A stretch of DNA of 64,000 nt from an uncultured delta proteobacterium. GTDB lineage: Bacteria > Desulfobacterota > Binatia > UBA9968. Below are positions 43,667-54,147 of the stretch, in pieces (the stretch's first letter is position 1; each line of letters starts with the position of its first letter). Where the stretch lies: NCBI GenBank assembly GCA_963727625.1, contig CAVSHR010000012.1, positions 64,001 through 128,000 on the forward strand, given 5' to 3'. Below the pieces are notes generated by a model that saw only the letters and a program-made list of their open reading frames with translations, searched no databases and had not been told where the DNA came from. Both the position numbers and the translations under genes were made by a program.

Positions 43667-44635
43667 ATGAAGGCGATACGAGTCCATCAATACGGCGGTC
43701 CCGAAGTTTTAGCGCTCGAGGATATTCCCGTTCCCGAGCCGAAAGCGGGCGAGGCGCGGGTAAAAATCGAAGCGATCGGTGTCAATTTCATCGACCTCTA
43801 TCAGCGCACCGGACTCTATCCGATGACGACGCCGTTTACGCTGGGAATGGAAGGCGCAGGTGTTGTCGATGCCATCGGCAACGGCGTCGCTGAAGTAAAA
43901 ATAGGCGAGCGCGTCGCCTATGCGATGATTCTCGGATCCTATGCGGAGTACGCGATCGTGCCGGCGGCGAAGCTGGTCCCCGTGCCGGAGGAAGTCGATG
44001 CAAAAACCGCGGCGGCGTTAATGCTGCAAGGCATGACCGCGCATTATCTGACACACGACACCTATGCCTTGAAACCGGGCGAAACCGCGCTGGTTCACGC
44101 AGCGGCGGGAGGCGTCGGCTTGCTGTTGGTGCAAATCGCCAAGATGCTCGGCGCCCGCGTCATCGGCACGGTCTCCACCGAGGCCAAGGCGCAACTCGCC
44201 AAACAGGCCGGCGCTGACGAAGTGATATTGTACACGCAAGCGGACTTTCTTACGGAAGTGAAGCGACTGACCGGTGGGGACGGCGTTCACGTCGTCTACG
44301 ATTCCGTCGGCGCTACGACGTTCGAGAAGAGCCTGGAGTGTCTTAAGCCGCGCGGCTATCTAGTTCTCTTCGGCCAATCGAGCGGCCCGGTGGCCCCCTT
44401 CGATCCGGGAAAACTCGCGGCGAAGGGATCGCTCTTTCTCACCCGCCCGAGCTTGGCGCACTACACCTTGGATCGCGCCGAGCTGTTGCTGCGCGCCGGC
44501 ACTCTGTTCCGGTGGATCGCCACGGAGAATCTGAAATTGCGCGTCGAAAAAACCTTCGCTTTGAATCAAGCCTCCGATGCGCAGCGCCTTTTAGAAAGCC
44601 GAAAAACTAGGGGGAAACTCCTTCTCGTTCCTTAG
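43667..44635 (+). CDS. qor: NADPH:quinone oxidoreductase (zeta-crystallin type)
   Basis: GVNFID, HAAAGGVG, VVYDSVG, KGSLFLTRPSL. Confidence 0.92.
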   Translation: MKAIRVHQYGGPEVLALEDIPVPEPKAGEARVKIEAIGVNFIDLYQRTGLYPMTTPFTLGMEGAGVVDAIGNGVAEVKIGERVAYAMILGSYAEYAIVPAAKLVPVPEEVDAKTAAALMLQGMTAHYLTHDTYALKPGETALVHAAAGGVGLLLVQIAKMLGARVIGTVSTEAKAQLAKQAGADEVILYTQADFLTEVKRLTGGDGVHVVYDSVGATTFEKSLECLKPRGYLVLFGQSSGPVAPFDPGKLAAKGSLFLTRPSLAHYTLDRAELLLRAGTLFRWIATENLKLRVEKTFALNQASDAQRLLESRKTRGKLLLVP

Positions 44636-45191
44636 CGGGAGGATTTTGTCCTTTGCGCGGCTCGCGAACCGGACGCGGCTCGATGGACTCGTCAAATTTC
44701 TTGCGCTGCTCGGCGTTGAGCACCGCTTTGGCGCGCTCGACGGCGCGAATCCGCGCGATGCGCAGATCGGCGCGGAGCTTTTCCACCGAGCGAATCTTCG
44801 CCTCGACTTTGGCGATGTCGACATGGGGCTGATCGAGCAGCTCGGCGATGTCTACCTCGAGGATGCGCGTATCGGCGTCGTGGCGGATGCTCTGGCGCTG
44901 GAAATCGTCGCGCAATTGCTCCAGTTTTTTCACCTGCTCGGGAGACAACCGAAGATAGTCTTTGTAGTTCAAAATTAGCGAGATCACCGGTCGGTTCTCG
45001 CGCGACTCGCGGGTTCCAAAGCGCTCCACGAGCTGCCCGCTCCAGTCTTGCAGGGCGCGCTGCACCTTTTCCCAGGCCTCGGCCAATTCTTCCGGAAGCG
45101 CAGACTGCGCTCTTTCCGTTTGAGCGCCTCGCACGGGCTGAGCGAGCGTAAAAACGAAGACTAGAGCGCCGAGGAGAATAAATTTTGCCAT
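44607..45191 (-). CDS. Spy/CpxP-like periplasmic protein
   Basis: Signal peptide, LSPEQ and LNAEQ (LTxxQ-like) motifs; convergent 29-bp overlap with qor. Confidence 0.75.
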   Translation of the reverse strand: MAKFILLGALVFVFTLAQPVRGAQTERAQSALPEELAEAWEKVQRALQDWSGQLVERFGTRESRENRPVISLILNYKDYLRLSPEQVKKLEQLRDDFQRQSIRHDADTRILEVDIAELLDQPHVDIAKVEAKIRSVEKLRADLRIARIRAVERAKAVLNAEQRKKFDESIEPRPVREPRKGQNPPAKEREGVSP

Positions 45192-45317
45192 GGTCAATTC
45201 CCTCTTGATGGTGCGTCGCTTCCTACGAATTAAAACTCGCGGCACTCCGCGAGTCAAACGAATAAAGTGCCTTTCGAAGGCCCCTCGCTTCGGCCCGGTT
45301 TCGCTCAACGGAGTTTT

Positions 45318-46730
45318 CTATTTCTGATTTCCAATTGGCGACGGCCCGCTCATGCGCCGGGGATCGAGCAGCCTGTTCAATTCTTCAGCCGCCAGCAGTT
45401 TTTGTTTTTGCGCCACCTCCCGGATGGTTTGGCCGCTCGTTAATGCATCCCGGGCGACTTCGGCGGCGCGCTCGTAGCCGAGCGCCGGGGCCAGGGCCGT
45501 GACCATGGCAAGGCTGCGTTCAACCATTTCTTCGCAGCGTTCTCGATTGGCGGCGATTCCGGCCACGCAATGGTCGGCGAACAATGCCGCAACGTTGGCG
45601 CTGAATTGAATCGCTTCGAGCAAGCGCAGCGCCAGGATCGGCAGCATGGTATTCAATTCGAAGTTGCCGGCTTGCCCGCACAAGGTGATCGTGGCGTCGC
45701 AACCGATCACATGTGCGGCCACTTGGAGCACCGACTCGCACAGAACCGGATTGACCTTGCCCGGCATGATCGAGGAGCCAGGCTGCAGGTCGGGCAAAAC
45801 GATCTCGCCGATGCCGCAGCGCGGCCCGGAAGCGAGCCAGCGTAAATCCTGGGCGATCTTGGTCAAGCTGACGGCGAGGGTTTTCAAGCTGCCGCTCAGC
45901 TGCACCGCCGCATCCCGCGCCGCCTGGGCCTCGAAATGATTTTCAGCCTGGTAGAATTTCACCGCGGTCATTTTCTCAAGCTCGTCGATGGCGCGTTTGG
46001 CAAACTCGGGATGGGCGTTGATGCCGGTGCCGATGGCGGTGCCGCCGAGGGGCAGTTCTTGCAAACCTGCGGCGGCCGTTTTGATGCGCTCGATGCTTAA
46101 CTCGATCTGGCGCGTGTAACCGCCGAACTCCTGTCCCAAGCGCATGGGCGTGGCGTCGGCCAAGTGGGTGCGGCCAATTTTGATCACCGCATCGTACTCC
46201 TGCGCCTTGCCCTCGAGCGCGGCGCGCAGCCGCACCAGCGCCGGTATTAATTCTCTCTCGATCGCCAGCAGCGCGGCGCAATGCAAGGCGGTGGGCATCG
46301 CATCGTTGCTCGACTGGCCCATGTTGACGTGATCATTGGGATGAATTTCCCCGCTGCCTCGCGCCTCGCCGAGTATCTCCAGGGCGCGGTTGGCGATCAC
46401 TTCGTTGGCGTTCATGTTGGTCGACGTGCCCGAGCCGGTTTGAAAAATGTCGACGACAAACTCGCCGTCGAGTTTGCCGTCGATAACCTCTCGCGCCGCC
46501 CGGCGGATGGCCCCGGCGCGGCGCGCGTCGAGCAGGCCTAGTTGTTCATTGGCCGCGGCGGCGGCGTACTTGACCATGCCGAGCGCGTGAATGAATGGGC
46601 GCGGGAAACCGATGCCGCTGATGGGAAAATTGTCCGCCGCTCGTTGGGTCTGCGCGCCATAGTAGGCCCGCGCCGGCACTTTGACCTCGCCCATCGAGTC
46701 CCTTTCCATACGAAAACTTTGCCCGGCCAT
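45318..46730 (-). CDS. fumC: Class II fumarate hydratase
   Basis: QTGSGTSTNMN, HPNDHVNMGQSSND, GRTH, GSSIMPGKVNP. Confidence 0.92.
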   Translation of the reverse strand: MAGQSFRMERDSMGEVKVPARAYYGAQTQRAADNFPISGIGFPRPFIHALGMVKYAAAAANEQLGLLDARRAGAIRRAAREVIDGKLDGEFVVDIFQTGSGTSTNMNANEVIANRALEILGEARGSGEIHPNDHVNMGQSSNDAMPTALHCAALLAIERELIPALVRLRAALEGKAQEYDAVIKIGRTHLADATPMRLGQEFGGYTRQIELSIERIKTAAAGLQELPLGGTAIGTGINAHPEFAKRAIDELEKMTAVKFYQAENHFEAQAARDAAVQLSGSLKTLAVSLTKIAQDLRWLASGPRCGIGEIVLPDLQPGSSIMPGKVNPVLCESVLQVAAHVIGCDATITLCGQAGNFELNTMLPILALRLLEAIQFSANVAALFADHCVAGIAANRERCEEMVERSLAMVTALAPALGYERAAEVARDALTSGQTIREVAQKQKLLAAEELNRLLDPRRMSGPSPIGNQK

Positions 46731-46814
46731 TGGACCTCCGATTCCGTTTGCGTGTCGAATCCGGTGATCGTTCAAGACTAGCACCGGCGCGATCGAAGCA
46801 AAACAACCGGCTTG

Positions 46815-48041
46815 CTACGGCGCTTGCGGCTCACGGCGCGGTTCCTTGAGCAGCAGCGTCACGCCGGCGATGCCGAGCGTCACCAAGCCGGCGAGCATTT
46901 GCCAAGCCATGCCGTAGGAGCCCGTGCGATCGACGATATAGCCGAACAGCGGGGTTCCCACCGTCGCCGCGCCGGCGTTGATCGTGATCATCATGCCCAA
47001 GCCTGCGCCGGTTCGCGCTTTACCCGAGATCTCGCCGATCAACGCGTAAGAGACGCCCTGATAACCGACAATGGAAACGCCGGCAAGAAATAGGATCGGC
47101 AGCAATAAGTACGCCGAAGAATCTCGCGTCATCAAACTCAGCGCGGCGATGAAGATCACGGACGCCGTCCCGATCGCGATCAAGACGATTTTGCGCCGGC
47201 CGCCGAATATGCGGTCGCTCGCGACGCCCCAGCCAACCCGCCCGAGCATGGCGCCGGCCTGGGTCAGAGCGAGTGCCTGGCTCGCCCAATAGGGCGAGTA
47301 GCCCATGACGTCTTTGAGATAGAGCGGCAGGTAAGTGATCAACACCATCTGGCCGACGAGGTAGATCGCGGTGGCGCAACTGACCGGCAGCAAGGCCCAG
47401 ACATTCAACGGCGGCGTCGCCTTGGGGCCGTTTTCGCGCTCGTTCACGGCCAGAGCGACGTTCGTGGGCTCGCGCCACAGCGACGAGAAGAAAAATCCGA
47501 AAATGAAATTGATAATGCCGAGCGCCGACAGCGAACCGCGCCAGCCGATCAGCAAGACCAGCGACGGCGCCAGGATCGCCGCAAGGACACCGCCGGCGGG
47601 GACGCCGGTCTGCTTCGCGCCCATGGCGGTGGCGCGCTCGTCGCGCCGAAACCAGGTCATGACGCCGATCGTCGACGCCGGATTGAGAAAGCTGTAGCCG
47701 AAACCGGCAAAGAAAAAACTCACGAAAGCCAGCTCGAAAGAGGGCGACAGCGCTGCGGCGATCGTGCAGAATCCCAGACCGAGATGACCGAGCAGCGTGG
47801 TCCTGCGCACGCCGAAGCGGTCGGCGAGCCAACCGGTGCCGAAGGACGCGCCGGTCATCGCCAGATAAAAGGCCGAGAAAAAAAGTCCCACCTGGGCGCG
47901 CGAGAGACCGAGCTCGTCTTTATAAAAGGGCGCCAGCGTGTTGATGCCGTACTGCGCCGCCGCGCCGACGGTATGCGACAAGCAGATCAGCGCCAGAATC
48001 GTCCAGCGAAAGGAATCGCGCGTCGAGGATGTTTCGGCCAT
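46815..48041 (-). CDS. MFS transporter
   Basis: GWLADRFGVRR motif A, about 12 TMs. Confidence 0.9.
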   Translation of the reverse strand: MAETSSTRDSFRWTILALICLSHTVGAAAQYGINTLAPFYKDELGLSRAQVGLFFSAFYLAMTGASFGTGWLADRFGVRRTTLLGHLGLGFCTIAAALSPSFELAFVSFFFAGFGYSFLNPASTIGVMTWFRRDERATAMGAKQTGVPAGGVLAAILAPSLVLLIGWRGSLSALGIINFIFGFFFSSLWREPTNVALAVNERENGPKATPPLNVWALLPVSCATAIYLVGQMVLITYLPLYLKDVMGYSPYWASQALALTQAGAMLGRVGWGVASDRIFGGRRKIVLIAIGTASVIFIAALSLMTRDSSAYLLLPILFLAGVSIVGYQGVSYALIGEISGKARTGAGLGMMITINAGAATVGTPLFGYIVDRTGSYGMAWQMLAGLVTLGIAGVTLLLKEPRREPQAP

Positions 48042-48064
48042 GAAAGATGAGTCGGAAAGAAGGT

Positions 48065-49660
48065 TCAATCGAACACTGTGCTCGAATAGGCCTCGGCGTC
48101 GACGAACGCTTCGATGACCGTGGGGCCGGTGCAATCGAACGCCCAGTCGAGCGCCGCTGCGAATTCGGCGCAGTTTTTCGCCGCGCGGCACGGCACGCCG
48201 AAATAATGCGCCGGTGACTCCGGCGGCGCGCCGAGGTAAACTCCCGCGAGCGGATACCTCCTTTTCTCTTGTTTGACCTTCATCAAGCCGAGCCAGCCGT
48301 CATTGAGCACGATGACCGGAACGGCCAAGTTCAATCGACGCGCCAGCGCCAACTCGCCCACGGTCATCTGAAAGCCACCGTCGCCGACAACGCAGACCAC
48401 GGTGCGATCCGGATGCGCGAGTTTCGCCGCGTAAGCCGACGGCATGCCGTAGCCCATCGACGACCAGCCATTGGTCGCCAGCAAAGTTCCCGGTTGATCG
48501 GTGCGCCATTGGCTGGCGATCTGATGCGTATGCGCGCCGACGTCGTAGGCGAGGATGCCGGCGGCGGGCAGCTTGTCGCGGAGAATATCCAGCGCTTGAA
48601 ACGGCGCAAAATTTTCGACCTTCGGACGAAGCGCCTTTTCGAAGGCTTCGCGGTGCGGGCGCCATTGCTGCGCCGACCAATGAATCATGACCGGTTCAAT
48701 TCCGCTCATGGCGCCGATGGCCCGGTCCAAGTCGCAGGCGCGGTTCCAGATAAAATTTAACCCGCCGCTTTCGGCGGCTTCGCTACTGACATGAATGATT
48801 GGCGTGCCCTGCGTCACCCACTCTTCGTAATTGATCTCGATGGGATCGTAACCGACGGCGATGATGAGATCGGCCTGATCGGTGAACTTTTTGACGTCGC
48901 TGCGCCGCGCCCGGCCGATGACACCGGCCCAATTCGCGTGGCTTTCCGGCAGGAAGCCCTTGCCGTGCAGCGTCGTCACGAACGGCAGGTTCTGCCGTTC
49001 GATGAATCTCAGCAACGTCTCGCACGCTTCGCTGCGCGCGAAAGACAGCCCGGTGACGAGCAGGGGCCGTTGGGCGTTCCTCAGCGCATCGGCAATCGCG
49101 CCGGCGACGCTGTTGGCTAGATCCGGCAACGACTTGGGTGGCACCGGCGCACCGCGAGTTTCCAGTGCCGCCGCCTGCGCGACATCCTCGGGTAGATCGA
49201 GATGCACGGGTCCGGGCGGTTCTTGCATCGCCGTCGTGAGCGCCTGGGCGAAAAGTTCACCGACGTTTCCCTGCCGGCAAGCCAAGCTGGCTTTGCTCAG
49301 CGGCTCAAAGAGTTTGTGATGATCGATGCGCATCTGGATGCGTCGTTCGAGCCATGGCGTCGCCACATTGCAGGTGATCGCAAGCACCGGCGCTCGGTCC
49401 AACCACGCGCAACCGACGCCGGTCGTGAGGTTAGTCGCGCCCGGACCCACCGTCGACACGCACACCCCCGGTATGCCGGTTAAAGTCCCGATCGCGCTGG
49501 CCATGAACCCCGCGCTGGTCTCACTGGCGGTGAGGATAAATCGAATGGAGCTTTTGCGCAGCGATTCGATTAGTGGCAACACCGGCCCGCTCGGTACGCC
49601 GAAAACCCAGCGCACGCCGGCCTGCTCAAGCGTGCGAACGATCAGGTCGCTGTTGTTCAT
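48065..49660 (-). CDS. ThDP-dependent enzyme (acetolactate synthase-like)
   Basis: VFGVP, conserved Glu, GPGATN, GPVHLDLP, SMGYGMP, GDGG...LND. Confidence 0.88.
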   Translation of the reverse strand: MNNSDLIVRTLEQAGVRWVFGVPSGPVLPLIESLRKSSIRFILTASETSAGFMASAIGTLTGIPGVCVSTVGPGATNLTTGVGCAWLDRAPVLAITCNVATPWLERRIQMRIDHHKLFEPLSKASLACRQGNVGELFAQALTTAMQEPPGPVHLDLPEDVAQAAALETRGAPVPPKSLPDLANSVAGAIADALRNAQRPLLVTGLSFARSEACETLLRFIERQNLPFVTTLHGKGFLPESHANWAGVIGRARRSDVKKFTDQADLIIAVGYDPIEINYEEWVTQGTPIIHVSSEAAESGGLNFIWNRACDLDRAIGAMSGIEPVMIHWSAQQWRPHREAFEKALRPKVENFAPFQALDILRDKLPAAGILAYDVGAHTHQIASQWRTDQPGTLLATNGWSSMGYGMPSAYAAKLAHPDRTVVCVVGDGGFQMTVGELALARRLNLAVPVIVLNDGWLGLMKVKQEKRRYPLAGVYLGAPPESPAHYFGVPCRAAKNCAEFAAALDWAFDCTGPTVIEAFVDAEAYSSTVFD

Positions 49661-49727
49661 TGTGCGAAAGTATCATGCACCACGGAGAGCCCAGCGGAGA
49701 AAAGCTGCAACCAAATTCCCGAAAATC

Positions 49728-49838
49728 TCGCGCAAAGACGCCAAGGCCGCAAAGGTCGGAATTAAATAGTGACGATCGTTAATCAGATAATGTATCGTTC
49801 CCTTCCGAACTTGGCGTGCTTTGCACCTTGGCGCGAGT
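49728..49838. repeat. Inverted pair of CGCAAAG/CGCCAAG-type repeats
   Basis: CTCGCGCAAAGACGCCAAGGCCGCAAAG ... CTTGGCGTGCTTTGCACCTTGGCGCGAG; related element at 62630-62712. Confidence 0.6.
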
Positions 49839-49904
49839 CAATCCCCGCGTTCGAGTATTTGTCGTTTAGTATCGAAAGGTGCAATTCCGAAAATTTAATC
49901 TGAA

Positions 49905-50711
49905 TTAATTGCCGATCCGCACCGAGTCGACGACATCTTGCACCGCGCGAATGATCGACAGCGCGGTCAGTTTTCCGGTCTTGGGATTTTCGCTGGGCAC
50001 GTTTTCGATATGAATATGCAGTTTGCCGAACTCCCCCTCCACGTCGATGTCATGGCAGTTGCGCGCCAGGCCCGGCACGGCGAGGATGCGCACGCGGGTT
50101 TTGTCCGGACCGATGCCGGCCAAACTGACCGCGCCCGTCACGTTGACGTTGGCAGGAAAGCCGCGGCAGGCTTCGCGCGCCGAACCGGAAAAAACTTCTT
50201 TTTCTTCCTGTAATCCCGCCAGTGAAACGCCGCGCTCGACCAAATAAGGCGCGCCTTGGAGGCCGAGCGGCGGCTTGCGCGTGGTGTGCGTCACATGGGT
50301 GATCGCGCCGACACACGCCGACTTGATGCCATCAAGCCCGGCAATCGCGCCCGACGGCAGGTACAATCGGCAGCCGGTGCGCCGCGATTCGGCCATCACC
50401 TCGGGATGATCGAGCAGCGCGCCGACGCTGATCACCATGAGGTCTTTGCCGGCGCCGAAGGTTTTCTGCGCCAGTTCGGCCACCACATGCCCGCCCGCCG
50501 CCTCGACGATCAAATCCGACGCGGCAATGAGCTCGGTCAGCGGCAAATAGGGCGGCGGATTTTTGCACGCAGCGAGAAATTCTCGCGCGTTCCTTTCGGT
50601 CCGGCTCGTCACGCCGGCGACGCGCACCGCGAGATTGCCGCTTTCGACGGCGCGAATCAGGGCTTTGCCGATCGCGCCGCAGCCGACGATGCCGATGGAT
50701 GTCACGTTCAC
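49905..50711 (-). CDS. nadX: L-aspartate dehydrogenase family protein
   Basis: GCGAIG, VEAAG, SVGAL, PSGAIAGLDG, FPANVNV, NCH, ENPKTG. Confidence 0.9.
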   Translation of the reverse strand: MNVTSIGIVGCGAIGKALIRAVESGNLAVRVAGVTSRTERNAREFLAACKNPPPYLPLTELIAASDLIVEAAGGHVVAELAQKTFGAGKDLMVISVGALLDHPEVMAESRRTGCRLYLPSGAIAGLDGIKSACVGAITHVTHTTRKPPLGLQGAPYLVERGVSLAGLQEEKEVFSGSAREACRGFPANVNVTGAVSLAGIGPDKTRVRILAVPGLARNCHDIDVEGEFGKLHIHIENVPSENPKTGKLTALSIIRAVQDVVDSVRIGN

Positions 50712-50753
50712 CTCCCCACGATAGCTTTGCCTATCGCGAAGCCTTTTTCTCTG

Positions 50754-51179
50754 TCACCGAGAGGGCACCAGCCAATAGAGCATCCAATAAACAATGACGC
50801 CGGTGACTGAAACGTATAACCATATGGGAAACGTCCATCGGGCGACCCGGCGGTGCGCGGAAAAATTTTCGCGCCAGGCTCGGCGCAGTGTGACAAGCGC
50901 AAGTGGCACCACCGTTACCGCCAAAATCGTATGCGTCAAGAGTATCGCGAAATAGATGGGCCGAATCCAACCTTGGCCTTTAAAGGGCACCGAACCGACC
51001 CGGTAGTGATAGATCAAGTAGGAAACCAGGAACAGCGTCGAGCAGCCGAACGCCGTCAGCATGCAGGCCCGATGCGCGTCGCGGTGACCGGATTTGATGA
51101 AAAGAAACCCGGCCAAAAGAAAAACGGCGCTGAGAGAATTCAGCGCCGCGTTCAAACTTGGTAATTGGGCAAAAGACAT
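50754..51179 (-). CDS. DUF420 membrane protein (cox-associated)
   Basis: LNAALN, HRACM, FLVSYLIYH, WLYVSVTGVIVY; TAATG coupling. Confidence 0.88.
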   Translation of the reverse strand: MSFAQLPSLNAALNSLSAVFLLAGFLFIKSGHRDAHRACMLTAFGCSTLFLVSYLIYHYRVGSVPFKGQGWIRPIYFAILLTHTILAVTVVPLALVTLRRAWRENFSAHRRVARWTFPIWLYVSVTGVIVYWMLYWLVPSR

Positions 51180-51457
51180 TACCGGGGAAAGATGTCCGGC
51201 ATCAGCATGAGAATCAAAAAAACACAGAGGACGAACGGCGCCAAGGCGACGAACGTCAGAGTCTTCCTTTCGAATTTTAAGTGCATAAAGTGCATGGCCA
51301 CCAGAGAGGCTTTCCAAACCGCAAAGATCACCAGCAAGCTGGCGAGCAGAAGTTGCGGCAAGCCCATGTAAACTATCGCGACCTCAGCGATCGTCAGCAC
51401 CAAAAGGATATAGAAAATCTTGATATAATTGGACGCCGAGTGGGCGGTTGAGGTCAT
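51179..51457 (-). CDS. ctaF: Cytochrome c oxidase subunit IV
   Basis: LTIAEV, KASLVAMHFMHLKFE. Confidence 0.85.
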   Translation of the reverse strand: MTSTAHSASNYIKIFYILLVLTIAEVAIVYMGLPQLLLASLLVIFAVWKASLVAMHFMHLKFERKTLTFVALAPFVLCVFLILMLMPDIFPR

Positions 51458-51480
51458 GTCGGTTTCCCCCCAGGGTTAAG

Positions 51481-52092
51481 CTACAATAGATAGACAAAAG
51501 TGAAAATCAAGATCCACACAAGATCGACAAAATGCCAATACAGGCCCGCGATCTCCACATGCTTCGCTTCGTATCGACCCCGGTTCACGGCGGTTAAGAC
51601 GCAGGCATTGTAGATCACCCCTCCGGTGACGTGCATGCCGTGAAAGCCGGTCAAAATGAAAAATGTGGTTGCAAAAAGATTAGTGGTAAAGGAAATTCCC
51701 AGTTCCGGCAATCGATGACCGAGCAAATGGGTCCATTCGTATGCCTGGCAGCCCAAAAAGAAAAGCCCGCCAAGAATCACTAGGCCAAGAAATTTATTGA
51801 ACTTCGCTCGGTTGTTTTCTTGAATCGCTGCAAGCGCCAATACCATCCAAACGCTGCTCACAATCAATAAAAACGTCATAAACGCGGTGAGATTGATTCC
51901 GAGGACGTCTTTGGGGACCGGCCAGGTGGAGCTCGCGTGGCGCAAAATCCCGTAGCCCACGATCAAGCAGCCAAACGACATAGCGTCGCCGGCGAGGAAC
52001 AACCACATGCCGAGCTTGCCCCAATTCTCCGGGGTTAAGGGCGCTTCTGCAGGCTCGGTGGCGTCCGCATGCATTGCCGCAACTTCACTCAT
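51481..52092 (-). CDS. ctaE: Cytochrome c oxidase subunit III-like
   Basis: KLGMWLFL, LTGFHGMHV, GLYWHFVDLVW. Confidence 0.9.
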   Translation of the reverse strand: MSEVAAMHADATEPAEAPLTPENWGKLGMWLFLAGDAMSFGCLIVGYGILRHASSTWPVPKDVLGINLTAFMTFLLIVSSVWMVLALAAIQENNRAKFNKFLGLVILGGLFFLGCQAYEWTHLLGHRLPELGISFTTNLFATTFFILTGFHGMHVTGGVIYNACVLTAVNRGRYEAKHVEIAGLYWHFVDLVWILIFTFVYLL

Positions 52093-52385
52093 CTACCCTT
52101 CTCCTCTTGATTCCAGGCTAATGGTCCGACCGGTTCCGCAGCCTCGGCATTCTCGGCCTGTTCGCGCCGCTTAAGCGCGCGCCGATAACTGAAGATCAAC
52201 GTCCCGACGATCGAACCGATAACCAAATAAGGCGTTGACATGAGGAACAATACGCTGGCGTTGAAGCCGTCGGTGACGGAATCGCTGTCGCCGCCGAGAC
52301 AAACGGCACAAGCCCACGAAGTAGTCGCGCTAGCAAGCACCGCCAACCCAAAGGCCAATAAGGTCAAAGGAAACTTTTTACGCAT
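52089..52385 (-). CDS. Small membrane protein with CAVC motif
   Basis: Signal peptide ending ACAVC and one TM, inside the cox operon. Confidence 0.7.
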   Translation of the reverse strand: MRKKFPLTLLAFGLAVLASATTSWACAVCLGGDSDSVTDGFNASVLFLMSTPYLVIGSIVGTLIFSYRRALKRREQAENAEAAEPVGPLAWNQEEKGR

Positions 52386-52439
52386 CGGAAATCGCTCCCG
52401 CAAATTAGCCCATCGATTATGGAGTGTCAACCAAACCGC

Positions 52440-53102
52440 TTAATAAAGATAAACGAACCCATAGAGAACCGGCCATAAACCCACTACGAATGTCCAGTAC
52501 ATGCCACAGGTTTGTAAACCGACGTAATTTTGTCGCGTGTAATTTCCGGTTCTGGCTTTCTGCCAAACGACAACCAACCAAATTAACGCGCCGAAAACAT
52601 GCAACCCGTGACAGCCGATAATCGTGTAAAACAAACCGCCGTAGACGCTGCTCGACACGGTCAAGCCAAAATGAATCAGGCGAAACCACTCGAATCCCTG
52701 AATCAATAAAAACATCGTGCCCGCTGCCGCCGTCCACGACAGCAAGCGCACTAGGCGCGCGCGATCGCCACGTTGATTCGCTCTCAATCCTAGCCTGATC
52801 GTTACGGCGCTCGCGAGTAAAATCAGCGTATTGATTCCCGTTACCCCCGCCGGCAGTCGCGGCTGAAACGGCGGCGGCCAAATCGGACTGGCAATGCGAA
52901 AAACCAGAAATGCGCCGATCAGACCTGCGAAAAACATCGCCTCGGCGCCGAGAAACATGAGCACCGCGAGCCACGCGTTACTCGCGATCGGTATATTGGG
53001 CCAAACCGGCGGCGGCGGCTCGCCACCGCCGAAACCCGGGCGCCGAGCTACGGTCAGCGTGGGCGTGTCATCCAAGTTGCGCGCAGTGGAACTTTTCGCC
53101 AT
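52440..53102 (-). CDS. Second cytochrome c oxidase subunit III-like protein
   Basis: FLGAEAMFFAGL, GCHGLHV, MYWTFV. Confidence 0.87.
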   Translation of the reverse strand: MAKSSTARNLDDTPTLTVARRPGFGGGEPPPPVWPNIPIASNAWLAVLMFLGAEAMFFAGLIGAFLVFRIASPIWPPPFQPRLPAGVTGINTLILLASAVTIRLGLRANQRGDRARLVRLLSWTAAAGTMFLLIQGFEWFRLIHFGLTVSSSVYGGLFYTIIGCHGLHVFGALIWLVVVWQKARTGNYTRQNYVGLQTCGMYWTFVVGLWPVLYGFVYLY

Positions 53103-53119
53103 GGCCGATCAACCAATGC

Positions 53120-53245
53120 TCAATACATTATAATAAACGCGATCACCGCCGCCACATACAGCAGCGCCAGCAATGCCAGCCCAAGACCGAGGCGCCGATT
53201 ACGAGACTCGGCTCCGTTCGGAGGTTCCATGATCCACTGATTCAT
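53120..53245 (-). CDS. Small single-TM protein in the cox operon
   Basis: ATGA overlap with the ctaB stop; RNRRLGLGLALLALLYVAAVIAFIIMY. Confidence 0.6.
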   Translation of the reverse strand: MNQWIMEPPNGAESRNRRLGLGLALLALLYVAAVIAFIIMY

Positions 53246-54147
53246 AGCGGCACGCGGTCCAAGGCCATCACCAGCAGCAAGACCGGAAGATAAATCAGCG
53301 ACGTGAATAACAACCGGCGCGCACCGGCCCGCGATGGCGCCATTACCAGGCCGATACCGCTGGCGAGAAAACCCGCGCCCAAAAGAAATGCGGCAAAGAA
53401 ATAAATCGCGCCGGCTAGCCCAATGAGCGTGGGCAGAAGGCTGACAACCAGCAGCGCTGAACAATGGACGAGAATCTGCCGGTTCGTGCTGTCACCGTCC
53501 GGCTCGATCACCGGGAGAAACTGGATTCCCGCCTTGGCAAAGTCTTCACGGTAGAGAAAAGCGATCGCTAGGGTATGGGGGATTTGCCATAAAAACATGA
53601 TCGCGAAGAGCACCCAGGCATCCACCGACAACTCACCGCGCGCGGCGACCCAGCCGATCACCGGCGGCAACGCCCCGGGCACGGCACCGACCGGCACGCA
53701 GAGCGAGCTCATGCGCTTCATCGGCGTATAAGCCCAAAGATAACTAACCGTGATCGACGCCGCGACGACTGCGCTCAGCAAATTGACTGAAAGAACCAAA
53801 TAGCTGAGCCCCGAAAGTGTCAATGCGATACCAAACCACAGCGCGTCGTTGGGATGGACCCGGCCGTCGGGCAAGGGGCGCCGGCAAGTGCGCGCCATGC
53901 GCGCGTCGGTCTCGCGTTCGAGAAACTGGTTTAGGGTCAGGGTTCCGCCCGCGGCAAGGGCCGTCCCGAGGAGCATTTGCAGCAAATGCGAATAATCGGG
54001 AACGCTGCCCGAACCGGCGTAGTAGCCGACGAAGGCCGTCACCAGCACCATCAGGACGATGCGGGGTTTGGTCAGCTCGTAGAAATCGGCGACTCGGCGG
54101 CTGGCGCTCGCTGTCGCAATATTGAAGGCCTCCATGCTCGAGCTCAT
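53242..54147 (-). CDS. ctaB: Heme o synthase (protoheme IX farnesyltransferase)
   Basis: LTKPRI, DARMARTCRRPLP, YTPMKR, GALPPVIGW, FLWQIPH. Confidence 0.93.
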   Translation of the reverse strand: MSSSMEAFNIATASASRRVADFYELTKPRIVLMVLVTAFVGYYAGSGSVPDYSHLLQMLLGTALAAGGTLTLNQFLERETDARMARTCRRPLPDGRVHPNDALWFGIALTLSGLSYLVLSVNLLSAVVAASITVSYLWAYTPMKRMSSLCVPVGAVPGALPPVIGWVAARGELSVDAWVLFAIMFLWQIPHTLAIAFLYREDFAKAGIQFLPVIEPDGDSTNRQILVHCSALLVVSLLPTLIGLAGAIYFFAAFLLGAGFLASGIGLVMAPSRAGARRLLFTSLIYLPVLLLVMALDRVPL